64,000 nucleotides of DNA from Candidatus Yanofskybacteria bacterium (GCA_016185545.1 JACPNJ010000003.1:2567-66566), one strand, 5' to 3'; shown: positions 20,524-31,390, counted from the first letter of the stretch. Notes: generated by a model from the letters alone, not told the origin. Numbers and translations are program-made.

Positions 20524-20745
20524 ATGAATTTTGCGGATTTCTTTTACTATAACGGGGCATTACTGATCCTACTCACAGCTATTAGCCTGTCTATCTGGGG
20601 CATATATGTTGTTACCAAATCTAAACGAGCAATAAAAAGAATCATCGGTTGGCTGGTAATTATCGTCTGTGTGCCATATTCACTATTGAGCTTCTATTAT
20701 TATTTAGAAACTGTCCTGAGACCTTGGCTCCATAGTATTCTCTGA
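20524..20745 (+). CDS. small 73-aa protein, two predicted transmembrane helices with basic loop (KSKRAIKR); same architecture as 18314-18514
   Basis: ORF track; good RBS; opposite strand to the rRNA. Confidence 0.45.
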   Translation: MNFADFFYYNGALLILLTAISLSIWGIYVVTKSKRAIKRIIGWLVIIVCVPYSLLSFYYYLETVLRPWLHSIL

Positions 20746-20809
20746 ATAACACTACATCCAATTTTCAAGTCGCGTCTTCATGGACCGACTTTTTTATTTA
20801 GAGTTTGGC

Positions 20810-20965
20810 TGAATAATGCCTTATAGCACCGTCAAAATTGTGTGATTGCATGGTCGGCGAGCAGTATAATAGTAAAGCACTGCGAGGTGAATCCACGCTT
20901 TCAACGGAGCGACGCAACCTCGCTGGGGTTGCTAGCGGTGATAGAAGATATTATTCAGCCAGACT
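20810..20965 (-). repeat. repeat element C copy 2 (flanked by ggctgaataat / attattcagcc)
   Basis: See 9165-9320. Confidence 0.6.
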
Positions 20966-21119
20966 CAAGCTAAACTCAAGTCCAAAAATTTGAGCGGGTA
21001 ATACGCGCTTTTAACACTCGGTTTCCCTACGACTCCGTGCTCTCGCACTTAGTCTACAGCTTGTAAAAACTCGTTGGATCATTCTTCAATAGGCACACCG
21101 TCGCACTACGCTACCGCTT

Positions 21120-21250
21120 CGTGCTCCGAAATCAAAAGTTAAAATGCAAAAGTCAAAATTATAGATGTTCTGAAATTTTGCTAGCAAAATTTCAGAACTC
21201 CACACTTTTGAACTTTGATTTTTGAATTTTGAATTTCGAGACGAACACGA
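21120..21250 (-). repeat. hairpin element family B copy 2 (caaaagttaaaatgcaaaagtcaaaattatagatgttctgaaattttgctagcaaaatttcagaactcc...) in 23S helix-25 region
   Basis: Aligns to 19020-19140 by eye. Confidence 0.55.
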
Positions 21251-21315
21251 AGCGATAGCGAGTGTTCCGGCTCTTTGTAGGCATATGGTTTCAGTTCTAT
21301 TTCACTCCCCTCACC

Positions 21316-21349
<34 letters not shown>

Positions 21350-21444
21350 TCACTATCGATCACCAAAAGTATTTAGTCTTGGACCGTAGTAGGCCCGGAT
21401 TCGCCACGGATAGTCTGCTCCATGGGTACTTAGGGTAGGAGCTC

Positions 21445-21605
21445 ACCTTAAAATTATCTTTCTACTGCAGTTTAATAATTTTGGCTGCGACTTCGTCAGA
21501 TTTCACAAAATGTCCTCGCCGTAGTATAAACTACGCCTCCGGTGATTTTGTTCATCTTCCTCGTCTCGCCAGAAATTATTAAATTTCGCAACGAAAATAA
21601 CTTTA
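21445..21605 (-). repeat. about 160-nt 23S insertion bounded by gagctcaccttaaa / tttaaggtgagctc inverted repeats
   Basis: Inverted repeat seen directly. Confidence 0.45.
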
Positions 21606-21959
21606 AGGTGAGCTCATAATATGAAAAGTTTGATCGTTTTCGCTTAAGGGACTATCACCCGCTTTGGTCGGCCTTTCCAGGACCGTTCGGCTAACAATCA
21701 AATTTGTAACTTTTTTCCAAAACACAACTGAAGACCGCGAACGATCCTCGGCTGTGCTTAGAGTATATTATCCCTGCAACCCTTACCTATTATTAGTAAA
21801 CTAACAAAAGATAAGTTTAGACTGTGCCCCTTTCGCTCGCCGCTACTTAGGGTATGTTTGCGCCTTGCGGCGCATTTGTTTTATTTTCCTCTGGCTACTG
21901 AGATGTTTCACTTCGCCAGGTATGCATCTAGTAGCTAGTTTCTGGTAACTAGTTGCTAG

Positions 21960-22313
21960 TTATTTAAAACTCTTGATAAGATTAAATAACTGCTTACCGC
22001 AGATAGTATATTCACTGATCAAATTTTCATGGTCAGTTTCGCTGATTAACCCAGCATCCTTCATAAAGTTGAGATTAAACAGAACCTCGTCATTAGAACC
22101 CAGCGCATCGTTCAAAAAATTAACTTTATCTTTGGTAGACTTATTTCTACCAAATCCCTCCGCGATATTTGATGGTATTGATCTTGAAGCTCTTCTAATT
22201 TGATCGCAAAGATCATATTTAAGTTCTTTTGGAAGTTTCATAGACAACTGGTGAACTTTTAACGCCAACTTGTAGGACCGATTATATACGTCAAGGTCTT
22301 TATACGAATTCAT
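21960..22313 (-). CDS. four-helix-bundle 23S rRNA intervening-sequence protein (TIGR02436-like), encoded within the helix-9 intervening sequence (21941-22356), which is closed by CTAG-rich inverted repeats
   Basis: ORF track: MNSYKDLDVYNRSYKLALKVHQL...RRASRSIPSNIAEGFGR; insertion lies between GGAAATC...CCCATGCCGGGTAATACC and GAAGTGAAACATCTC (helix 9, the classical intervening-sequence site). Confidence 0.8.
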   Translation of the reverse strand: MNSYKDLDVYNRSYKLALKVHQLSMKLPKELKYDLCDQIRRASRSIPSNIAEGFGRNKSTKDKVNFLNDALGSNDEVLFNLNFMKDAGLISETDHENLISEYTICGKQLFNLIKSFK

Positions 22314-23271
22314 AAAAATTTACCAGAAACTAGAAACCAGAAACCAGCTACTAGATATGCCGGTATTACCCGGCATGGGTTTCCCCATTCGGAAATCTCC
22401 GGATCAAAGCCTGCTAGACGGCTCCCCGAAGCATATCGTCGTCACGCCACGTCCTTCGTCGCCTTTTGGTGTCAAGGCATCCTCCATACGCCCTTATATT
22501 CCTTACAAGATTAAATCTGCAATCATTAGATTGCACCCTTCGTAGCTCTGCGAAGCTTTAGCGTAGCAGAGCGAAGTAGGGCCTCATTTAATCTTCTTGA
22601 TGCTTCAAAACTGGCAACTCTTGAACTCGGAAAGTTAGAGAACAACCAGAAAATGCAAAGCATCATTTTATTTTTAATCCCGTTAGAGGTAGGTTGCCGC
22701 CTATGGCAACCGCAAGCTCTAATCGGGATACCCGCTAACTATTCATTTTTTAAATTGCAATCTATTCAATCAGTTTAGTGTTAGCTTCCGTCGGGCACCA
22801 CCTCGATAAACAAGGTGACGCCCGACGACAGCCAATTTATTGATGAAACCCCAGCACCAATTTTGCAAAGTCTAATAACGGCAGGGCGCTTCGCCCATTG
22901 CAGAATATGCCCATTCGGCACGCGCACCCTGCAAAATCTTGGCTAACGTATCATATTTATTTAGCAACTACCAACTAAATTAGGCAAAATGGTGCGGGGT
23001 TATTTTTTGTTTCCATGCTCACTATCGCTGCGCTTGGACAAAAAATAAATCCCGCCAAGCGGGACGTTTTCGGGCACAAATTAACACCAAGACGTCATCC
23101 GCTTTTTTGTAATGCTTTGTTTAATTTTTTCATCCCGTACGAGACAGGATAAGCCTTGCGGCTTATCCGTATCTTATTATATTATATCTACCTTATTAAT
23201 CCCGATTAGATAGCTACTCTAACTTTATTTACTAGCAAAGGCTGTCTCGTTCGGGATTCATCATCAAAATC

Positions 23272-23300
23272 ATTGTAGCAAAACAAAAAACCTGCGTCAA
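23272..23300 (-). promoter_or_regulatory. candidate rRNA operon promoter TTGACG-17-TACAAT, followed by about 740-nt structured leader with repeated CGGGAT/ATCCCG pairing motifs
   Basis: RC reads ttgacgcaggttttttgttttgctacaat; no 16S between it and the 23S 5' end. Confidence 0.5.
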
Positions 23301-23476
23301 TAACCCACCGAATAACTTGTTGATAAATCCCCTAGAAGTCTCGCCCGCGCTTGCGCGGTCCGAAGAACCTGTGGACGAACTAACTTCTAACGGGATAAAC
23401 CGCAACACCCGCCGGAGGCGGGTGTTGTTTTCAAGAGTATCTTCTTGTTCAACTAGTAACTGGTACTAGTTACTAG

Positions 23477-24160
23477 TTATTCCCCTATATGCCTCCTCAT
23501 TTTTCCAATCCATTCTTCGGCATGCGCTCGTCCGCCAAGACCAAAAGCCAAACCGAAAGCTATTGCGCTGCCGGCAACAACTCCCATAATAACAATCCTG
23601 ATTATTTCTCCGGCCACCATCAACTGACTCAGAGCAACTAGCAGTGAAAAGATAATAATTGCCCACTTAGCTAACGAACCGAGAAAATTAGCCGATGCTA
23701 ATTGCGCGGCTTTAACCGAGCCGCGAACCAACCCTTCCAAAAACCTTGCAACTAAAACACCGATTAACAGGACGAATGCGGCTATGAACACGTTGGGCAA
23801 ATAACCTACAACGCTGCGCAAAAATTCAGCAACTTGCATCAATCCTAAAATATCGGTCGCGGCCATCAAAAATACAACTATGAAAAACCACTTTACCAGT
23901 TCGTAAAAGAAAAACGGGCTGTTCAGTTTGTAGCCGCTTCTTTCCCAAACTTTCTTGAAGCCGACACTTTCCAACGCTCGATCCAATCTAACCAATCTGA
24001 CTATATGCCAAACTAATTTGGCAACAAGAACTGCAACCAGCCAACCAACTAAAAAGACCACAATAGCGGCAACCAGTCGCGGCAAAAAACCGGCGACATT
24101 GCCCCAAAGGGTCAATAAAGACATCCTCACCACATCTGATGCTGCTGTAACTTCTAACAT
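23477..24160 (-). CDS. transmembrane-helix repeat protein (small-conductance mechanosensitive-channel-like, PF05552-like)
   Basis: 227 aa, multiple transmembrane helices, repeated GxLV motifs. Confidence 0.5.
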   Translation of the reverse strand: MLEVTAASDVVRMSLLTLWGNVAGFLPRLVAAIVVFLVGWLVAVLVAKLVWHIVRLVRLDRALESVGFKKVWERSGYKLNSPFFFYELVKWFFIVVFLMAATDILGLMQVAEFLRSVVGYLPNVFIAAFVLLIGVLVARFLEGLVRGSVKAAQLASANFLGSLAKWAIIIFSLLVALSQLMVAGEIIRIVIMGVVAGSAIAFGLAFGLGGRAHAEEWIGKMRRHIGE

Positions 24161-24346
24161 ACAAACACCTCCCCTCTTTAACTAGCTGCCAGTAAAAGTT
24201 ACCAGTTCCTAATTAAAGAAACCGAAACTAAAACCGCCGACTAGATTTATTTGATTTCTAGATAAATTCTATCACTTAAACCAAAACAGGGATAAACCAC
24301 TTATCCACTGCCACAAAATGGGATTACATTTTAGAGAAGCAGGACT

Positions 24347-25402
24347 TTAGTTCAACAAATTTTCTTCCCCCTTGCCATCTCCTAGTTCAACTACATTCTG
24401 CACCCTATCCACCATGAGTGACAACCGCTTTTCCGAATCATCATACGACCCGCGGGCATCGGAAAGGTGTTTACCAAGGCGCTTGAAGTCGTCACCAAGT
24501 TTGCGGCCATCAAGCGCGATGCGCTCAAGCCGCTTCATTATATCTTTTGTTTGCTTGTTTAACTGGACATCTTTGAGCCAGTGGCCGATGGCAGAAACCG
24601 AAAGCATAAAGGTATTCGGCGAAACTAAGAAAATCTTTTTACCCAAAGCATAAGCCGGCAAATCAACATCTTTGATATTATTTACTATTTCATAATAAAC
24701 CGTTTCCGCTGGCACATACATCAAAGCAAAATCGGTAGTTCCCTCTGACGGCAAAAGATATTTGGATGCGATCTCGTCAATTTTTTTCTTCACGTCTGAC
24801 AAAAAATTTTTTTTGTATTGCTCGCAAGCAATATTATTATCCGCGTTTATCATCTTCTCAAAATTTTCCCAGTTAAATTTGGAATCAATTGGTAACAACA
24901 ACTCATTGGGCAAGCGTAAAATCGCATCCACCGCTTCACCGCTTTTGAAATAGTGCTGAATTTCATATCTATCTTTAGGAAAATACTGTGCCAGCGATGC
25001 CTCCAACGACGCCTCACCCCAGATGCCTCGTAATTTAGGCGCTTTGAAAATATCCTGGAATGAAGAAACGCTCTTGACCGATTCATGTACATTTTTCAAG
25101 CTCTCGCTTAATTGGGTCAGGCCGACAGTAAATCCTTGCACCTGCTGGTGCACTGCCAGAGACGATCTCTCAACCGACTCCCGACTATCTTTTAACTGAT
25201 CGGTCACCATCTTAACCGTATCCCGCAACGCCTGGTTCATTGAAACGTTAAAACTATCAAGCCGCTGATTGATCGTCTGCAAATCTTGGTCATCCTTTGA
25301 ATGCTTACTCGACTTAAAAATAACCAGGGCAACCAGGATGCCAGCAATCAAGCCAATGAAAATTAATAAGCTTTGTATCATAAAAATCCAAATATCAAAC
25401 AA
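24347..25402 (-). CDS. rmuC: DNA recombination protein RmuC
   Basis: N-terminal transmembrane helix, long coiled coil, C-terminal RmuC-type domain. Confidence 0.65.
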   Translation of the reverse strand: MFDIWIFMIQSLLIFIGLIAGILVALVIFKSSKHSKDDQDLQTINQRLDSFNVSMNQALRDTVKMVTDQLKDSRESVERSSLAVHQQVQGFTVGLTQLSESLKNVHESVKSVSSFQDIFKAPKLRGIWGEASLEASLAQYFPKDRYEIQHYFKSGEAVDAILRLPNELLLPIDSKFNWENFEKMINADNNIACEQYKKNFLSDVKKKIDEIASKYLLPSEGTTDFALMYVPAETVYYEIVNNIKDVDLPAYALGKKIFLVSPNTFMLSVSAIGHWLKDVQLNKQTKDIMKRLERIALDGRKLGDDFKRLGKHLSDARGSYDDSEKRLSLMVDRVQNVVELGDGKGEENLLN

Positions 25403-25480
25403 AATGACAAATGACTAAAATCAAAGACTAGTGTTTGCTGTTGATTAAATTTGACATTTGTGTTTTGACATTTGGATTTT

Positions 25481-25999
25481 TTACACGTGTCTATCCGCCA
25501 CTTTATTAGCCGCGTAAGATTCAGGCTTGATCCGTGCCGTAAAGCCATTGCCTGTAATAATACCGACAATTTCCTGGATCATGCTTTTAGTCGGGCCATT
25601 GCGGCCGATATCAAGATGGATTTCAAAGTCGTACAACTTGTTATTAAGCCGCTCGCGTAAATGAGCAACTACCCGCTGGGCAAGTTCCAGTGAAAAATAG
25701 GCTTCTTTGAGCATTCGGTCGTGCCGATCAAAAGTATTTACATCGGGAATTCGTTTCCAAAAATATCTTCCGTACCTGCCGATGCGATGTACCGTAATCA
25801 CGCTGACGAATTGGGCTAATCCTGCGTGTCCGTTGGGAGTTACAGTTTCCTCCGAATCCGTGCCAACAACCACGGCGTATTTACTACCGGCGTCTTCATT
25901 TATAAATTCAACTATGTCGCCTATCGCATCTAAAAAATCACGCTTGCCGCGCGATGGGCTGACAAAGTATTCACTATCGTAACTGTTGCTGTTTGACAT
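25481..25999 (-). CDS. RNase H-fold protein of the YkuK/DUF458 type (assignment tentative); start taken at MSNSNSYDSEY
   Basis: AVVVGTDSEE...HAGLAQFVSVITVHRIGRYGRYF...IHLDIGRNGPTKSMIQEIVGIITGNGF pattern. Confidence 0.4.
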   Translation of the reverse strand: MSNSNSYDSEYFVSPSRGKRDFLDAIGDIVEFINEDAGSKYAVVVGTDSEETVTPNGHAGLAQFVSVITVHRIGRYGRYFWKRIPDVNTFDRHDRMLKEAYFSLELAQRVVAHLRERLNNKLYDFEIHLDIGRNGPTKSMIQEIVGIITGNGFTARIKPESYAANKVADRHV

Positions 26000-26063
26000 T
26001 ACTAAATAATCTAGCAAAAAACCCCGCCCTTGAAAAGGGCGGAGCAACAAAAAGAATTAAAAT

Positions 26064-29000
26064 TTACAAAGTCGGAACTTCAGGTGTTACCTTTGGCGCT
26101 AGAGGCGTTGGTTCTGGCATTGGTTCAAGAGTTGTCTCAGGCGTTATAGATGGAGTAGGGTTTGGTTCAGGGGTTGCCTCGGATGTTATTGATGCGGTTG
26201 GAAACAGCGATTGACTGCTTGGCGCACTTGAAATATCAGGATTGGTAAACGAGTCGGGAGTCGGACTGGGTGTGGTAGAAGATAACGGCGAAGAACTGGT
26301 TGGCGTGCTTGCAACATCGGGGTTAGTCAAAGGAATTGGTGTGGGACTCTGTTCGGGTAAGGACGATGGTGTCAGAATCGGCTCGCTAAAACTCGGTGAT
26401 GCTTGCCCCGTAAGAGACGGAGACTCTAGCGGGGCCGGCTCACCGACTATGATCTTGGCATCTTTTACGGCGATCGCCGACCAACTAAAACCGATATCCA
26501 CCGGTGCCGGCTTGTTTAATATAATAGTAAAACCATTGGAGCTCTTATTATTTATAAGATAGCGCACATCAGAATTGAATATCAGATCCGCTACCGCCTC
26601 TTGCGATACTGAAGGCCCGCCTAGACTCGGTGGGGTCGGAACAGCATCGAGCGAAATTGTAACATTGACTATCGGCTGTTGGGCATATTTTTGGGTAAAT
26701 TTAATATCAGCCGTCTTTGAGCCTTTCCTTATTATGGCAAATCCTGCCGTGTCGTCATTGAAATACACCCTGCCGATAAAAGCCGTTTCTCCCGCCACAA
26801 TCAATCCGCCTTTTATGTTCAGTTTTTCACCCGAAGCCAAATCAAAGTATTTTTCCAGATTGGCTATGCTTGTTTTTATATCATTGCTGGCACTCGCTAA
26901 ATTAATTATTTGGTCTGTTATTGCCGTCAACGTCGGGCTTTCAATTTCATCGGCAAGTATTTTTCTAGCTTTAAGCGATCGCCTGAATAAGGCATCGCTA
27001 TAAACGGTTAGAGATGTGCTGGCAGTCTGTTCTCGGCCGAAAGTCGCATCGCCAAGGAATTGGGTCTGGCCATTAAACAATGCCGAATTATTGAATCCGG
27101 CCACTCCTAACGCGGTGAAGGTACCAAGCGTTGTAAGGTTATTATTAACGCTCAAATCGTTAAGAATTTGACTATCTTTGGGAGCTGATAGACTTGCCAC
27201 CGAACCGCTTAATACCGATATTTGATTGGTAATAATATCAAGACCGTTAATATGGTTGGCATTTATGGTGTCCGCGGTTACTTGGCCGGAAAAAACCGCG
27301 TTGCCCGAACCATCAATTGTCAGTCCGGCGGAATTAGAGCTGCTGATTACCAAACTCTTGCCTCGCTCAAGCTCAACTCTCAAATCTTTGCCGGGCTGGT
27401 TTTTGATAGTTTTAGTTATTACCTCATTAGCAAACAAGCGTGGGGTGATAATCTCATTACTTGCCGCCAGTATATCAAGTTGCATTTCTTGAGAGTTCTT
27501 TGCTACTTTCAGTTTTGAACCGCCGCTTTTTGCGAATTTTGTAAGCAAAGCTGCCTCAAATGTCGGGTCACTAGTGCTAATGCCTGATGCTGCGTCCAAT
27601 CCCGGTCCGCCATAGAAACCGGACTGAACAAAGATTACCACCTCACCGGTTTCTTTGCCGCCATATGCCGTCAGCGCCTGTCCTATGGCTTGGCCGGCTT
27701 GAGCGGCTTTCATCGCCAAGCCGGGCTGCGTTGAAGAGTTTGTCAGGTAATCGCCTACCTTGATTGGCCCGTTTTCAGTTGAAACTTTTACGGGCACGCG
27801 CCCGGCCAGAGCAACAGGTACATAACCGGGAATATGTTTAACCGTCTCAACTCCGGTCACAAAAGCATTACCGGTAATAAGAGCTGCCGGATTTGTAGAA
27901 ATGACGCCTATGGCCGTAGATCCAGGCATTGCTCTAGAAACATCTTGAGAACTGGACGGGTTAATCGAAACAACTTCACCGGCTACCAGAGTATTGTCCG
28001 CTGTCGGAAAATTCTCAGCCAAGTCAATACAGCCAGCGGTAGTACCGGGATCCACATTAACGCAAGTGCTAGTCGCGCCATGAGAAAATATACCGCCGCG
28101 TATGGCAAATTTACCGCCGCCGCTCATTGAAGCTACAATCTGGCTTCCGGCAGTTACCTTTAAAACACCGGCCGGAAAACCTTGGGTAGAAGTTGATGCC
28201 GGCACCGTGATTGTAAACGCGCTGTTTCCATTGGCCAAAGTAGTCGCGTTGATATCCAGTCCCGGGTTACTACCTGAAGCAGTCGTGTCAACTACAAAAA
28301 TGTCTTCTTGGGTTCCACCGAGATCGGTAATAACAAACGCTCTGGAACTGGATGCGTTAATCTCAAGTTTATAAGAAAAGCTGGCACCGCTGTTTTGGAG
28401 AGCAAATCTTAGCGCGCCATTAGTCGCAAAGTTAAGTGTGTCCGATTCGCTGGAGTATATGCCAAGATTGGTGTCATTGCTGAAGGTGAATGACGGTAAG
28501 GTGGCTGAACCTAAAGGAACTTGGAAGATAGAAGCCGAAGCGGTGCCTCGTATATACAGAAATGTGGTATCGGCGATATCAACCCGGGTATCAAGAAAAT
28601 CAACGGTGTAATTACTGGAGGTTGAGGCGATGGTTAAGTTGGCGTCCAAAGTCATCGCGTCCAGAAATTCACCGAAATCAAGTGAATCGGAACCAATGGT
28701 TAAAGTGGGAATGGCGGTGGTGGTTATCTTTCCTCCGGATGAGAAACCCGCCAGTACCGTAGCTCCAGCTGAATCATCCCAGAAAAATACTCTGTCGGCG
28801 TTGGGGTCGGTTAAACTTGCGCCGGTGCCGCCGTCAGCCAAAGAGACGTCGGTGCCGCCGACTCTGTATACGCTGGCTCCGGCTACCGTCAGAGATGATA
28901 CGCTGGCGGTGCCTATCTCCAGGATATTGGAGAATTGGCTGCTGGCGGCCGAGAAGAGCCATTTGCCGGTTATGGTTTCATCTTGTGATAAGGAAGCGGG

Positions 29001-31055
29001 ACCGCCGGCGGAGGTCCAGTCCAATCTGACAAATGCCTGCGAAGCGGTATTGGTGATGTTGAAGTGGCCGTCGTCAAAAGAGATTGAACCTACATGGACG
29101 GGAGTGCCGCCGATGACGCCGACTTCTACGCCGTTAAAGATGGAGGCGGCGGAGACACCGCTGTTTTGATCCGTGCCGCAGGAAAACTTGCCGGTGGTGG
29201 CGGTGTATAGGAGCTTATCGGCGGTAGCACCACTGCAGCCGGTAGTGCCGGACATGATATTGAGTCCGGCGCCGAAGATAGCAGAAGCGGAAGCGAAAAT
29301 AGCCGTGCCGGCGTCTTGAATGACAAAGTCGCCGCTGCCATTTAGGTTGATGTTGTAATTGGCGTTGGCCACGGAGACCGAGGCGGCGCCGGCCAGTTCA
29401 AAAGTCGTGGTGTTGAATTGGACGCTGGCGGCCGAGAAGAGCCATTTGCCGGTTATGGTTTCATCTTGTGATAAGGAAGCGGGACCGCCGGCTCCCCAAT
29501 CTAAGTTGATGCTTACCGCCGAACCCGAAGCAGTTAAAGTAAATTTGCCGCCATCAAAAGAAAGGGAGGAAGTATTAGTATCATAAGTTCCGGGAATGTC
29601 TCGGATTTCAATTTGAGTCCCACCGCCGCCGCCGGTTACTGTTGCCCAAGATAAAGTTCCTGAACCATTAGTAGTCAATCGTTGATTGGCTGAACCGTCG
29701 GCTGATGGCCAACCATAAGCTACGCCGTTAAATGTTGTTGAACCGGTAACGGTCAGGTTATCGCTGATTGTGGTAGTGCCACCGCTAGAATCAATCGAAA
29801 AATTACCTGATGTTGTACCGATTGAACCGCTATTAACTATCGTGTTGCCAACTGTTAGTTTGGAACCGGTAACCTGTGCATCACCGCCGCCGACGGTAAC
29901 AGTAGTGCCTCCGCCACCGCCCCCTATAAATTGAAGAGGTGGCGGTATTTGATCAACTCTTCGCGAAAGCTGTATCAATTTGCTGTTAAGTTCGTCTATT
30001 AAACTGCTGGCATCGGCGATATCAATTGATTGCGGAGCAAAGAGTAGCCCACCAGTAGAGATGCGCTTTGCTATGTCTTTTAGTATTGAGGCTTCACTAT
30101 TGGAAAACTGATAGGAAAGAACCACTTTCGTGGCGACGACCGAAGGTTTCGCGACTCCGCCGCCAGTCCCTTCTTCAACAAAAATCTGCCGCTGATATTT
30201 ATTAACTAACTCTTGATATTGCCGCTCCTTTTGCGTTAGAAGTCCGCGCAATTTTTGAATCACCGCGTCGTACTCAGAAATTAACGGAACAGTTTCCACG
30301 GATTGCTCAATATGGGCAAGTAGCGAAACGATCTCGGCAGGCAAATGAGAAACTATAAAATCTGATTTCTTTACGCCCACTACACCCGCCATTGCGACAA
30401 ATAAAAGAACCGCTAATAAAATAATGGCCCGATTAGCGGTTCTGTGAACCCAGTTCCAAAACAAGGCTGGGTGAGTGTAGCCAGAAAACAAGAACCCACC
30501 GGGTTTTGTTTCTGTCTTTTGATAACCGGTTTCGGCATCATAGCCGTCAATTACCGGTTCGCCTTGTGACGCATACGAATGTACGTCACGGGATTTTGTT
30601 GAAAGAACTGATTGGCCGCTGGAAATATCCGGCTGACCAGAAAGAACTAGTTTGCCCGATTCATCTTGCAAAAAAGAATTGGGCTTGCCGTCTCCATGAG
30701 AAGAACCCCAGTCGGAACCAGGGGTCTTCTCCTGAAGACGACTTGAAAGAACTGCGTCTAATTTCCCGACGGCCTTTAGGCCGCCAAGTTTTCTGTTTTC
30801 CTCTGCCTTCTTGGTGTGTCCCTCAACAGAGTCCAGATCTACAAACCACTTTCCTTTTTCATAAACAGCCAGAATTTTTCCCTGTCTGGCCAGTCTGGTA
30901 ACATGATCGCTGGCATATCCGAGTTTACTCTTACGTGCAGCAACGGCGGCAGTATAAAAAACTTTTCCGTCTCTGACAAAAAAATCTTGGCTGACGCCAT
31001 TGGTTCTTTTGTCAGATTGAAAGTCGTTGAATTGTTTCCGTGATTTCTCTATCAA
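26064..31055 (-). CDS. giant (1663-aa) single-pass surface protein: cytoplasmic N-terminal domain, transmembrane helix, huge Gly/Thr/Ser-rich beta-rich ectodomain with internal repeats, Pro/Thr/Ser-rich C-terminal tail
   Basis: ORF track; internal duplicated block GGPASLSQDETITGKWLFSAAS; C-terminal about 150 aa PT-rich low complexity. Confidence 0.8.
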   Translation of the reverse strand: MIEKSRKQFNDFQSDKRTNGVSQDFFVRDGKVFYTAAVAARKSKLGYASDHVTRLARQGKILAVYEKGKWFVDLDSVEGHTKKAEENRKLGGLKAVGKLDAVLSSRLQEKTPGSDWGSSHGDGKPNSFLQDESGKLVLSGQPDISSGQSVLSTKSRDVHSYASQGEPVIDGYDAETGYQKTETKPGGFLFSGYTHPALFWNWVHRTANRAIILLAVLLFVAMAGVVGVKKSDFIVSHLPAEIVSLLAHIEQSVETVPLISEYDAVIQKLRGLLTQKERQYQELVNKYQRQIFVEEGTGGGVAKPSVVATKVVLSYQFSNSEASILKDIAKRISTGGLLFAPQSIDIADASSLIDELNSKLIQLSRRVDQIPPPLQFIGGGGGGTTVTVGGGDAQVTGSKLTVGNTIVNSGSIGTTSGNFSIDSSGGTTTISDNLTVTGSTTFNGVAYGWPSADGSANQRLTTNGSGTLSWATVTGGGGGTQIEIRDIPGTYDTNTSSLSFDGGKFTLTASGSAVSINLDWGAGGPASLSQDETITGKWLFSAASVQFNTTTFELAGAASVSVANANYNINLNGSGDFVIQDAGTAIFASASAIFGAGLNIMSGTTGCSGATADKLLYTATTGKFSCGTDQNSGVSAASIFNGVEVGVIGGTPVHVGSISFDDGHFNITNTASQAFVRLDWTSAGGPASLSQDETITGKWLFSAASSQFSNILEIGTASVSSLTVAGASVYRVGGTDVSLADGGTGASLTDPNADRVFFWDDSAGATVLAGFSSGGKITTTAIPTLTIGSDSLDFGEFLDAMTLDANLTIASTSSNYTVDFLDTRVDIADTTFLYIRGTASASIFQVPLGSATLPSFTFSNDTNLGIYSSESDTLNFATNGALRFALQNSGASFSYKLEINASSSRAFVITDLGGTQEDIFVVDTTASGSNPGLDINATTLANGNSAFTITVPASTSTQGFPAGVLKVTAGSQIVASMSGGGKFAIRGGIFSHGATSTCVNVDPGTTAGCIDLAENFPTADNTLVAGEVVSINPSSSQDVSRAMPGSTAIGVISTNPAALITGNAFVTGVETVKHIPGYVPVALAGRVPVKVSTENGPIKVGDYLTNSSTQPGLAMKAAQAGQAIGQALTAYGGKETGEVVIFVQSGFYGGPGLDAASGISTSDPTFEAALLTKFAKSGGSKLKVAKNSQEMQLDILAASNEIITPRLFANEVITKTIKNQPGKDLRVELERGKSLVISSSNSAGLTIDGSGNAVFSGQVTADTINANHINGLDIITNQISVLSGSVASLSAPKDSQILNDLSVNNNLTTLGTFTALGVAGFNNSALFNGQTQFLGDATFGREQTASTSLTVYSDALFRRSLKARKILADEIESPTLTAITDQIINLASASNDIKTSIANLEKYFDLASGEKLNIKGGLIVAGETAFIGRVYFNDDTAGFAIIRKGSKTADIKFTQKYAQQPIVNVTISLDAVPTPPSLGGPSVSQEAVADLIFNSDVRYLINNKSSNGFTIILNKPAPVDIGFSWSAIAVKDAKIIVGEPAPLESPSLTGQASPSFSEPILTPSSLPEQSPTPIPLTNPDVASTPTSSSPLSSTTPSPTPDSFTNPDISSAPSSQSLFPTASITSEATPEPNPTPSITPETTLEPMPEPTPLAPKVTPEVPTL

Positions 31056-31390
31056 ATTTCCGAATCACGGTGAGTACTTGTTTCGGCTACCTCTGCTGGC
31101 AAGATAAGTCGACATGGCGACATCTCTGCAACCAGCAATGAATTGTCGGGCCTAATATTATTATACTTGATATTAGTAAAAAGGCACAAAGTAGGTTATC
31201 AACAGTTAAATATGCTTAACGAAAAGTGCTTAAATACATCTTCCTAATCTGGCCAAAGCTGTCGGTTTAGTGCAAAAATACACGTAAGAAATGGGGTCTA
31301 ATTTGCAAGGTCTAATCTCGCATGAAGTTGGGTCTTAAAATTATAACCAGTTATTTAAAAATGATTTATTTGTGAAATATATGCTCATTA

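Larger units (their letters stand above)
20437..20998 (+). mobile_element. inverted-repeat-bounded cassette 2 inside 23S (same CCCGCTCAAATTTTTGG / CCAAAAATTTGAGCGGG inverted repeats as cassette 1), carrying a small transmembrane-protein gene and repeat element C
   Basis: Inverted repeats at 20437-20453 and 20982-20998; RBS gaggtaaactATG; ORF 20524-20745; element C at 20810-20965. Confidence 0.6.

Noticed and set aside
26242-31043. Plus-strand ORFs within the giant minus-strand gene (for example 28630-29169, 26575-27003)
   Set aside because: Embedded in a 5-kb continuous reading frame on the other strand; repetitive Gly/Ala/Pro-rich translations reflect the complement of the Gly/Thr-rich coding repeats.
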